Shown here piece after piece: positions 48,423-60,000 of a DNA stretch of 60,000 nucleotides. This DNA comes from Lama glama (taxonomy: Eukaryota): NCBI GenBank assembly GCA_028534125.1, contig CM052832.1:8806001-8866000 (forward strand), written 5' to 3'. A program made the translations under genes and the position numbers. Numbering within the stretch: the first letter of the stretch is position 1; each line of letters begins with the position of its first letter. The notes under the pieces are model-generated. The model saw nothing but the letters and a program-made list of their open reading frames with translations. It was not told the DNA's origin and did no database searches.

Positions 48423-49949
48423 CCTGCTGCTATTCTGCAAAGGGCTTTTTTTTTTTTTGCTCTGTAGTTAACCACAGATAGCTTTCCATGTCTGTCCAAA
48501 TGGCTCTAGCCCATTCATTTCAACCACTGTGTATTATTTCACTGTACCAGTGACCCACAATTTATTTCTCTAATACCCTAATAATGGACATCCAGATGGT
48601 TTTAAATTTTTTGCCATTACAAACAAATGTTCCAACTGAACCTTTCTGTACAGGCACCTATAAACATTGGTAATGAAAATGTTTCTTGTAGGATGACTTC
48701 CTAGAAACAGAACTCCCCCTGGACCAAAGAGAATACAATTTCAGGTTTTTGACAAATGACAAATTGCTCTTTAAAAAGACTGTGCCAATGTATGCTTCCT
48801 TATCAATACTGATACTTATTAATCTTTGCCAATTTGAAGGACGTAAAATAATACTTCGTTTTACTTTGCAATTCATTTGAGACATTTAGTTTGTCCTTAG
48901 CAACATAAAGCAATCTTTCCTATGTTTACTGTTCAGCTGAATTTTCTATTCAACTTCCTGTCTACCTTTTTCCTTGTTTATTTTTTACTGCTATCTTTTC
49001 CCTATTAATTTGTAATCAGTAAGACCACGAATATAAGGCCTTTTCTGCATTATGCATCCTACTTTCTCCCCCTGAAAATAGTTACTGAGTTACTGAGTGC
49101 CCACGAAGTGCCAGGCATTTGTTCTAAGTGTTGGGAAGACAACAGTGAACAAGACAGTGAAGGTTTCTGTTCTAAATCTTATTTAACTTCTCAGAAGAAA
49201 ATGTGTTTGGCCCATGATTGGGGGTGGGACATAGACAGGAAGTAAATCTTCACCATTGGGTGCAGAGCTGCCTTGGAATTAATTTAAATACTGTCCTGGG
49301 AGGAGGTGGGTGGGCAGGCAGGCCAGGAAAGAATATATACCTACTGTCCTGATGTGATTCATTTGAGAGCCTTCTGGGGAAAAATCTACTGTGTTCCCCA
49401 GGTGTCCTGGAAGCATCCACAAAGGAGCGGTGTGGTTAGTGGAGGTGGACGCAGGATCAGTGGACCGCTGCACCCTTTCTTTGAAAGGAGGAGCCACACC
49501 CCCAGGCACCTACACCCACCCCCAGAAGTCCAGGGCCTGTGAGTTCAGGGAGCAAAGGAAGTTTTAAGGGGAATAACTCCCCATTTCAGTAGAGTGGGTA
49601 CCATCGGAGCCTGACTTCGCCGCCTCCCACAAGTCCCAGGGAGGGGTGATGTCTCACTGAGATTGTTTGGCTGATCCTTCCTCCTCTACCCACTTGGGTT
49701 GGGGGAAGGGATATATACCCCCTGCAGATCGGACACATTTTACATAGGTAGCCTACACATACACACACTCTAATTCAGGGATGAATCAGACAAGATTATT
49801 CTCCTCAGATTAAAACCTTGTTCTTCAACCTAGCCTTTATCAGTAATAAAAGAGATACACTAATTTCCATCTGTCCAATTCCTGTCTGTCTGTCTTTCCT
49901 TCTTCCCTGCCTTCACTGGTTTCAAATTCAGAGGGGAAAAAAGTGACAG

Positions 49950-51900
49950 TTACTGACTATTCTATTGCTTTATGCCTGAGTATTTCGGTTTTTGCTGTTG
50001 TTGATTTTGTGAATGGAATAAATGTTTCCATTTTATTTCCTAAAAGATTACCTGCTAGTAAATAGTGAAATTTCTGGGTTTTGTGTAGTTTTGTATTTGG
50101 CCAAATGACTCAACTCTTACTGATTCTAATGGTTTTCAGTTGATTCTTCAGTTACACACATTAAAAATGACACCCTCTGCAAAGAGCATTAACTTTATTT
50201 TGACTTTTATTTTCTTATAGTATTATTTCTTCTACAGTTTCTAGAATAATATTAGCTAGTAGCAATTTTATTATTTTAAGGTAGTGACTTCTTTAAAGAG
50301 AACAGCATTATAATTTCATTTTAAAATACAATGTTAGCTGTGGTTTAAAGTAAAGAAAAAGGATATTAATTTGTATCTAATGTCATTTTTGCATGAGATA
50401 ACTACATGACTCCTGACTTATTTTGATGAATTACGTGAGATTAAACCACCTATGCATGTTTGGAGTAAATCTTAATTGTTTACGGTACATTATCTTTAAC
50501 ATAGTATTAGATTTGCCAGTATTTAACCTTTGCCAGTGTTTACATTAGACTTAAACACCAATGTTTCTGCATCGCGCATTTCCCTTTTCTGAACTATCAG
50601 TCAGCATTTGGGAGCAAGGTTTTATAACTTTGTGACAGGGTAGCTGTCCATCTGTTCCTTGGCTCTGTGACAGCCTATAAAGGATTACAAGTCTCCATAT
50701 TCCTTAATGTTTTTCTAAATTTCCCTTCAAGACTGGCTGATACAGCAGTTTGGTGGAGGATTTTTTTGTTTGTTTGATTGACTATCTTTTAATTGTTTTT
50801 AATAGTTACTGGTCTAGTTAGTCATCCAAATGGCTCTTGAATAAATTTCAGTAATTTGTATTTTCCTAACAGAATTCTTAGCATAGCATTGTACACAGTA
50901 ACCCTTGATAATTAAAACATCTTATCCATGGCAATTGCCACAACTGTATTATTATACACATTTTCAGGAGCCCTCCCCCACTGAACAGTAAGCTCTATCT
51001 CATTCCCAGCTCTGTGTCCCCAGAATCTACCAGGTACCTAGTAGGTAGGTACCTAGTAGGTGCTCAAGAAATTGTTGTGAAGCCACAAATGAGGTTAAAG
51101 CCTCTTTTCCCTTCTTGTTTTGCCTATTGACCTTTCTTCTCTTTTTCTTGATTGGATTTGCTTAAGTTGTATTTTTTATTATCTTTTAAAGCAATGAAAC
51201 TCATCAATTCTATATTTTTATTTCAAATTTATTAATTTTAAAGCTGTATTCAGAATAAAATTAATAATCTGAAATTATTTCCTAAAAGAATTAGTGAAAT
51301 AAGTTAAGCCATCGGCCTTAAATTAGAAAAAGAATAAAACAGACTTTGTCAGTATCTTACATTTATCTCAGGCAAAGAACATGAAATTTTTCTAACTCAA
51401 TTTTAATTTTGTCTTAACTCAGTGGGAGACACATTCCATTGAAATGTATCATCCTAACTGATATATCTGTCTTTGCTTTTGTCTGGTTTATGTTTCAAAA
51501 GTCCAATTCTTCCTTTGTTGTATGTATTGTGTTTTATTTGCCTCTTACGACCTGCAAGGTATACTTCTTGCTTTTTAATTCTACTTGTATATCCTTTGTT
51601 TATTGCTTTTCAAAATCCTGAATCTATTTCTCTAATTATCATGTTTTTCCATCATTTTCATCTCACTGTACATTCTCCCCTGGATCCTGGGAGCTCCTCC
51701 ACAGCAGGACACTGATTAGATTACCTGTCCTTTTTACTTCAGCTCCTTCCAGGCTGCACAGGAAACTCAGTTCCGCTACTGCACTTTCTGTCTCCTCCCT
51801 CCTTCACTATCTCAGCCAGCCACCTTTTTACTTCTCCACCTTTGTTGGTCAGCTTCCTTTTTATCTCAGTCCATTGCTTTTCATCTGATGTTTTTATCTC
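49950..51900 (-). mobile_element. Ancient degraded L1M fragments (AT/T-rich)
   Basis: Long T-rich, CpG-poor tract with L1-antisense-like phrases; family not resolvable by eye. Confidence 0.5.
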
Positions 51901-54900
51901 GAGTTTCATAAAGTGCATGTCTTCTTGATACTTTTGAGGGGGGCAGGAAAGGATGCTGCCTTCAAAAATTCACTTCTTTCCAGCAGTATTCCAAGGGAGA
52001 AATGCCAAGACCTTAACAAAGCCACGGACAGTGGGATAGAAGGGGGAACAGGTACGAGAGTGATTAAGGGGGTGTTAATAAATGGAGAAGTGGAAAAAAC
52101 AAATCTAGACAGCTAGCTGTGCCTTATGGGCCCCCAAGTCTATGTCAACGTGGGCCACTGTGAGTGTCCCTGAAGCCCACCTCCCACGAACAAAGGCAAC
52201 ACCATACCCCCCTACATAAACTTTCCTGCATTAGACCCTCACCATAGCTGTGAGAGGTGAAGATTATCATTTTCATCCTGCAGATTGAAAAATGGAACTC
52301 ATAATACACTGCTTCCAGAACTCAAATCCAGGTCTTGGGAATCCAAGAACATCTTGGCCAACCCCTGAGCACCCAGGAAAATAGAGGTCAGGAATTTGAC
52401 CCACCCTACTAGACTCAGCATCAAGTTGAGAGCAACAAAAAGGACACGTCTGACAGAACAGAAAACAAAAAGAAGCAGGTAACTCAGAGCTATGTGGTGC
52501 AGAAGAGAGAATACACAGGTCTCAGAGATCTGGGGGAAACTTACTGGAACAACCCTGGCTTATGCTGGTTGTTTTGGCATAATTATTAATAATAATGCTC
52601 CAGGTTGGATGATACATTCTCCAGTCACCCTAGCAATGCCCCACATTTGAATCATGCTTACCAGTTTTCACACGTTAACCCGTGCGATTTTCACAGCCCC
52701 ACTGAACAGCAGTGGTTCAGAAATCTGATGAAAGCTATCAACTCCCTCCCCAGAAAAATAACATAAACACAGGACTGTGTATCCAACTTTGATATATTCC
52801 TACCCTCTGACAGAGCAACTCCACTTCAGGGAATTTAGCCTTCAGATACATGAGCACAAGGGCACGGATAGACACAAGGACATTCGCGGTGGCGTCATTT
52901 AAAAGAGCAAACCCTCGGAGACAGCCTGAAGTCCGTCAGGAGACACGGGGGTGGGTGGGGTGAATTTAGACAGCACTTGCTTTAGGCCAAGCTTCCCCTA
53001 AAAATATGTAGGAGCCTTCTTGCCCTGCTTCCCCCCTCCATGCCCCCAACTCAGCAAGGTCCCAGGGGAGGAAGAGACACGAGCGAACTCGCAGGAGGAG
53101 GCTAAATAATGAATTGTAAGTGTGTGTTTTCTTTGGCCAGGGCAGTCTGGCCAAGCTCTGGGGGCTGCTGGGCAAACATTTTTCATATTTTAGTAGCTGG
53201 CCTATGCCCAAGGCAGTCAGAAGTTAAGTAAGCTTTGAATGAGCTGCGCCCATCCTCTCCCAGGCCCCAAGAATTCTTAATGAGGCTCTAAGGCAGCCTC
53301 CTCCAACAAACCCATCGTGTTGCCTTAAATATCACTCGCCCTTCACTACTATTAATGAATGCAAATGATTCAGCAACAAAACACTTAGCCTGGAGTGAAA
53401 TCCACCTTTGTGTGGCTGGTATCTCCAGCTTACAGCCCAGCTCAGGCAGGGCCTCACCAGGCGGGCAGCCCAGCAGAGCCGGGGTGCCCAGGCTAGCCCA
53501 GGCAGACTCCTGCACATCCAGGGCAGTGGGAGCAGGATGCAGGAAGCGCACAGCATGAGGGAAGACCACCCCTCCACCGACTCCACCCACCACCCCAACC
53601 ACCAGATGCAGACCCTCACAACTCCACCTCTTTACGACTCTGGCTCCAGGGCAGAGGAAAGTGTGAGAGGAAAAACAAAAGGTATTTCTTTGATCTAATG
53701 AATGGGGCTGGTCCCAGGCACCTCAAAGGCCTGTCCGGTCACCACACTTCCTGCATTCAAGGGCACTTCACCCCCACACTCCCACCTCTACCCCCTCTTC
53801 ACCTGATGCCAGGTACCAGAGGAACCTGAAAAGCTCCCTTGGACCGGTGCCCTCCTCCACCAACTTCATGGAAGCAACAAAAACAGAGACAGTGTAAATA
53901 ACCCAATTTACACCCTGTTTTCAGAGTTCTCTTTTGGCAGCAAAAACTGAAAGCAATTTGTCAGGAGTCTAAGAGCAACTTTTCAGTAATTTACTTCCAA
54001 CCTGGGACTCGGGGGATTTGTTGCCCCATCAACCTGATCAACACCTCTCCCGGGGGCTGAGGCCGAGGCCAGGCCCAGAATAGGCAGCTGTTAATTCAGC
54101 TGCCACCGTTGGCGCCCCGCAAGGCCAGCAGCTGGCAGGAGACCCATAGAGGTCCATGCAAGTCCTCTCAGGGTTTTTCTGGTTACAGATGTCATTAAGG
54201 AATTGGGGCGTATTAGACCCAAACTGGGCAACTGGTTAAACTCAGGACAAGAGAGGGCCTGAAAGGTATCACTCTGGGTACCTCAGATATAAAAAGGGAT
54301 TCAGAGAAATTTGTTGACCTGGTTTGAAAAGAACCACTGCCTCCCAGGACAGAAGATGGGAAGATCAGCTTCCCCAGAAGAAAACTCACGTGGAGTTTTA
54401 GAGTTTTATAAAAATACGTGCTTACATCATCAAAAATGCCCTTACCCCTATATTAAAGGCTTTCAGGAAAAGAGGACTGGAATTTTCTTAATCTCAATGC
54501 TGTTCTTCCTGATTGTTCAAGGTACATCATATACAATACTTCATTCTTCTTTAAAACATTCCTAGAGGGAGTAAAGAAGGGCATTCATTCACTCCATAGA
54601 GGCGCTGGGTCTCCAGACCTGGGACTTCTGAGTTCTTGCCCTCCAGGCGAGCCGTTAATCAGCCCCTTTCCTAGCTGGGCACACCTACCAAGGGTTAAAA
54701 TTTTGGGCGACCACACAGAAAGAATGCATTCTGAAAACTCCATAAGATGGAGTGCCTGAAACACGTATCTACACAGCAATCTATTTCAAAAAAGGAAACT
54801 TTGCTCTAGATATCCACTAACACGTACAAAAGGGACATAGCGTTCTCCTTTCATATACCATCCAAACCCCAACCTGGCAGCCAATCCATCCCACCACCGA

Positions 54901-55578
54901 ATGAACCAGAACGCAACCAAAGGAAGAATTCCCTAGCCTTTGGGAGTTCTGAGTTGTGTCCTGAGGGGGAACGGTGCCATCCAGCCAACACTTGGGTAGC
55001 ACAAAGCAGTATGATTAGCACCAGCTGTCTCCACAAGGCTTAGATCAGCCCTGCACAACTGTGCTGCCAGGAGGGGAGGACAATGCTATCTCTTCCTGTC
55101 TCCCGCCTGCCCCACTCGGGTCTCCATCCTCTGAACACCTGGCATTTACTGTGTCCCCCTCTTTGGTGCCTCTCTGTATCCTTGCCTTGTTCATTACTCT
55201 CTTCTGGTTCTGCCTCAGTTTGCCTACCAGACAATCCACTCCTGGAGTGAATCTCCAGTCTCCCCAGGAAGAGCTCAGCCTTTTAAAATGGAGACTCTAC
55301 CATCAGAGAGGTATTTTCTTTCCACAATAGACCGTTTGCCCTCTTAGGGACATCAATCTCCCCTTCTGGATTATCTCTTGGTTTCTAAGGATTTAGAAGA
55401 ACCCCAACCCTCCCCTGTTACCTATCATGACACCTCTGCCTTAAACATTATTTGTTATTTCTGCGCCAGACTAAAAGGAAAACAGTTTCTATTGAAAATT
55501 ACTGATAGGAAACAAAAACAGGCCTGTAAATAAATCCCCTCCATCACATTTGAACTACCTCTTATCAAGAATTCACTG

Positions 55579-56353
55579 ATAAATGCTGAAGAGGGTGTGG
55601 AGAAAAGGGAATCCTCCTACACTGCTGGTGGGAATGTAGTTTGGTGCAGCCATTATGGAAAACAGTATGGAGATTCTTCAAAAAACTAAAAATAGACTTA
55701 CCATATGACTTAGCAATCCCACTCCTCAGCATATATCCAGAGGGAACTTTAATTCAAAAAGATATTTGCACCCCAATGTTCATAGCAGCACTATTTACAA
55801 TAGGCAAGACATGGAAACAACCTAAATATCCATCGACAGACGACTAGATAAAGAAGTTGCAGTATGTTTATACAATGAAATACTATTCAGCCATAAAAAA
55901 TAAAATAATGCCATTTGCAGCAACATTGATGGACCTGGAGATTGTCATTCTAAGTGAAGTAAGCCACAAAGAGAAAAAAAATACCGTAAGATATCACTTA
56001 CATGTGGAATCTTAAAAAAAGACAAATGAACTTATTCACAAAACAGAAACAGACTCAGACATAGAAAACAAACTTATGGCTACTGGGGGTTGGGGGAAAG
56101 GGGGTGGGAAAGGATAGATTGGGAGCTCGAGATTTGCAGATACAAATTACTATATATAAAATAGATAAACAACAAGTTTCTACTGTATAGCACAGGGAAC
56201 TATATTCAATATCTTATAGTATCTATAATGAAAAAGAATATGAAAACAAATATATGTATGTATATGTATGACTGAACTATTATGCTGTACACCAGAAACT
56301 GATATAACATTGTAAACTGACTATACTTCAATTTAAAACAAAAAAAAAAAAGG
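55579..56353 (+). mobile_element. 5'-truncated LINE-1 (ORF2 C-terminus + 3'UTR + polyA) with perfect 12-bp TSD
   Basis: Translates as [33 protein letters not shown] (L1 ORF2 C-term); polyA tail; TSD AAGAATTCACTG at 55567-55578 and 56354-56365. Confidence 0.95.
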
Positions 56354-59300
56354 AAGAATTCACTGTAGGACAGACTAAGTCTTTTACACATACAGAATTT
56401 CAAAGATGTCACTGATTTTAAGATGCACCATTATTTATGTTCCACCAAAAGGAAATGGTACCAGTTAAACTAAGACATAATACTACATAATTATATTACA
56501 GCTTAGCTTCAAAGATCTGAAACTGGTGCCGGGGGAGCAAGGGGAGTTCATAAACTACAGTACTATCTCACTCAGTTCTCACAAGAAATCTAACAGGATT
56601 GAAATTATCACCCTCATCTCACAGAAGAAGAAACTGAGGCTCAGAGAGGCAAAGTGAACTGTCTAAGGTCTCTCAAGGAGCAAGTTGTGAAGCCAGAACT
56701 CAGTTCCTAAACATATTTCTGAATTTCCCTGGGTGGTAGGAGGCCTCAAACAGGCCATCCTTGGTTAAGCTGTCCCATCAAAGGCAAACAACACTTTCTT
56801 GCCTGATTCCTAAAATCAGGGTCTTTTTGCAACTGCACTGTCAGAGATCCTACTCCCAGAAAACAACAAAAGGAAAACAGGTTTCCCGAACTCCTTCCTC
56901 ACAAAACGGGCTGCAAATGAGGGGGAAGCTCTCAGCCAACTTGTTATATATAAAGCACATTTAATGAGCCTTTCAAGCTCTGGGAGTGGGAGAAGGAAAG
57001 GTTCACTGGAAATCTGATACTTTGGTAGCCAAGTGAGAGGGACAGGCCCTTAGCATCAGCCCTGGGGGATAAACACCATCCCAAACCCCTTTGTCTGCCA
57101 GACGGAGATACTTCCTGGGGGGCAGGAGGCAGCAATGCCTTTATGACAAAGCCCACCTAACAACAACCCTCCACCGGAGACCTGGCTGGGGCCTTTGTAC
57201 AACCCACCTAACCATAAACCCTCTGTCCTCTCCCAAACCTGCTGGGGTCCCTCTTCCCACAAATACCTGTGACCGTCATAAACGCCCTTAAACAGCCCCC
57301 GTTTACTGCCCAGCCTGCCTGCTGCTAAATGAGGGCATTTGTTTCAAATTTGCAAATACCAAAAGCTCTGGAAACCTAAGTCCACTCCTAAAATGAAATG
57401 TTCTGCATTCCTCTGGGCCTGGAGCCCCGCGCTTCAAAAGCTGCAAGAGGCCCTGGCTGTTTACTCACTGGTGGGGCTATTGCGAGAAGTATTTCCCTGC
57501 TCCCTGAGGAGGCTGCTTTGATCCTGGCCCGGGTGGGAAGGGGACGGAGGGAGGTCCCACCGGAGCCCAGGCTCTCCAGCCCGCTTCCTGGGTCGCAGCA
57601 GCAGGTTCAGGGGCCAGGAAAGTGAGGCTCCCGGGGAGGCTCAAGCAGACGCTTGCTGGAGGAGACAGAGAAGGCCAGCTCAGAGGGACCTCTCAGAACA
57701 AGAGTTCAAAAGATCCTCAAAACAAAGGTAACGAGCATAAGGGAAGGCATCCAGATTGAGAAGCAGCTGACAGCACCCCAGCCTCTTACACAGAAATAAA
57801 GGGGCAAAGCCCCCACTCATCCCTCTCTTCATCAGGCAACTCAGGACAATGCATCCAGGCTGGGTGCGGTGCGGGTGTTTACTAAATAAAAGCCTTTTGT
57901 TTTAAGTTTTCAGAAAGGGGGCGGTGGTGGTGGAGAGATGACAGAGATCCTGCTCCAGGCCTCCGGGGCTGTTCCAGGGCACTGCACTCCCCCCTCCCCC
58001 CCAGTTCCTCCTGCAGGAGGCCCGGACCCCTAGGGTGGAGGAGGCGCCCCACCATCACAGGCTGCAAAGCTGCTGGCAAGTTGGGCATTTTTTAAATTGG
58101 TCAGTTTAATAACTGGTTTAATCTGCTAAATTAAGCAAACAGAATGATTTGCTCTTTGTAGCTGGAGCTACAAGACCAACAGCATTTCCTTTTTTTTTTC
58201 TGCCCAAGACTGCAAGACAACCGTTTTCTTTGTTTGTGATTTGTTTTGTTATTCAGGTGCCTGGAAGTGAACTTGGGATCACAAATGCCATCCTAGTGCA
58301 TCACCTCTCTAATGACCTGCTGGGCTGGAGAGGCTACTCTTCCTCCTCCCAGCTGGGACACAGCTCAGCTTTGTGTTCTTTTAATACATGAGCTACAACA
58401 GAATCAGAACACCAAAGTGTCGCTTTGTACCTTCCCACAACAGAACATAGGTTCCTGGGTTGCAACCTCAGAACTTCAGAAGCAGAACTTTAGAAGCAGA
58501 ACAAAGTAGGACTGCCAAGAGCGGTCAATAGCTCAGCCAAAGGGAACTTACGTCTTCCAGGATGTCAGAGGTCACTGTCCAACCTCTTCTGAACTCTCTT
58601 GAGAATTAAAAGACTTGCCTTCCAAGTCAGAAATGGAAGGGAAACCTACACCCAATGTGCCCCTACTATGTGCCAGGGCCTATACCACCAAGTGTGGGCA
58701 CAACTATCTGTACAAAAGGAGTCAGAGGCAGCAAACTCAGAGCAGAGGTGACTATTACCACCTACGTGGTCTCCACCACAGCACAACCCCAGCGTACAGC
58801 TCTCAGCAGGCACACCAATCTGGAATGTGGCAGCGCACCTGCAAGCCGGGGCCTGTAACCGCTGCCCTTGACCTTCCAGAAGCACCAGGCGGAAGACGAA
58901 GGACTCACAGGCACATGAGAAACACTCCAATACTGGGGATGCTGGCACAGGGTCCTGAACTTCTAGATCACATACAGTCTGACCATAACTCTAAAAACTT
59001 TAAGATGTATGCAAACCTCTGAATGGGCCACTGAAAACTTTAACCTGGCTGTTTTGTTAAAAAAAAAAAAAAAGGTGAGGGTGAGAAAAATTGGCAATCC
59101 TGAATGCTGTGGCCCAAAAGCTCTCTCTAGGTTTACGTCACTGACACACTCCCTCTGACTCTGGCAGGACTGCTCCTAAACCCACCCCGTGAGTTAGCTC
59201 AGCTGCAGAATCCTCTCCCCAACGATGACGTGGTTCCAAGGTGTGTGTGCAACATTTTATAGCTTCTACGGGTGATGTACATACAAGGATACCTGAGAAG

Positions 59301-60000
59301 ACGGAAACAGTTCTATTACTTACCAGCTTTGCAGGCCTCAGCAGATCATATTCTGTGCCTCAGTTTCTTTACCTGTCAGATGCCTCCCATCCCAATTCTC
59401 CAGGAAAAAAACAAACAAAAAAACCCCAACCACCCTCATCCTGCCTCTGAGCCTTGTGGATAGGATGGAACGTCAATGTGAGTAAAAGCACTCTGTAAAC
59501 TGCAAAGCTGGGTACAGCTGTCAGGTATCACAGACAAGGCTCTCCAGAAGCACCCCAACCTTCTTCCCAACTCCCTTCTGTGCAAAAGAAGAAAAGGGGT
59601 TCCCCACCCTGGGCACTGGTTCCTCAAATACTGAGGATGAACCAGGTAAGTATTTCTGCCTTCCCATACACAGATAAAAAAGTCTCGTTTTGTTTTTTCT
59701 CATAAGAACTCCCTCCCCAAACTCTCCAAACCTTTCCATTCCCCTTGGCACCCAGGGAATTACACTCTAATTCCAGTTGATCGAGTCTGAACACATATGT
59801 GCCCACGCGCTGGAGCCTCCAGAATAAAACACAGCCCTCAGATGAAAGTGCTCTTCCCAAACCCAAGGCTGAGGAGGACAGTCTTACGAGGTGTGGGAGG
59901 AGCACAGCTGGAGGCTGTGGATGGCAGGACTGGGTTGGCCTCAAAGGTCACCACAAGAAACGTCCTCCAAGATCTTTTCAAGCTAAGGCCCAAGAGGTAG

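Noticed and set aside
55641..55847. 68-aa ORF with real protein similarity
   Set aside because: L1 ORF2 remnant with stops, not a host gene
34138..60000. Search for PTK7 exon 1 or a nested gene
   Set aside because: No CpG island or signal-peptide exon seen; exon 1 must lie beyond the window, and no nested gene was recognisable
1..60000. CRISPR arrays, prokaryotic-type systems, long tandem arrays
   Set aside because: Sequence is mammalian with spliceosomal introns; no regularly spaced repeat arrays seen

Overview
Mammalian genomic DNA, most likely camelid (alpaca/llama/camel, inferred from tRNA-derived Vic-1-like SINEs). It carries two protein-coding genes in tandem on the minus strand. PTK7 (Ig-domain receptor pseudokinase): coding exons 2-20 lie at 34137->12243, all with GT-AG junctions and a continuous frame, and the poly(A) signal is at 11431-11436. 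Exon 1 is outside the window, so 34138-60000 is intron 1. SRF (MADS-box factor): the promoter/CpG island is at ~4.8-6.4 kb and coding exons 1-4 at 5701->789; exons 5-7 lie left of the window. The rest is intronic/intergenic sequence with MIR, L2, L1, MaLR LTRs, hAT MITEs and lineage-specific SINEs. I see no new gene or wholly novel system. The most interesting signals are regulatory or isoform-level: a twice-repeated RFX-box/CCAAT module plus a CArG/GATA element in SRF intron 2, a single 10-codon uORF in the SRF 5'UTR, at least five perfect CArG boxes in PTK7 intron 1, a promoter-like GC/G4/CTCF patch just after the PTK7 transmembrane exon, read-through/retention frames in PTK7 introns 7 and 9, and a tiny poly(A)-tailed retroposed fragment. 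Exon coordinates were read base by base; repeat boundaries and family names are approximate and recognised by eye.
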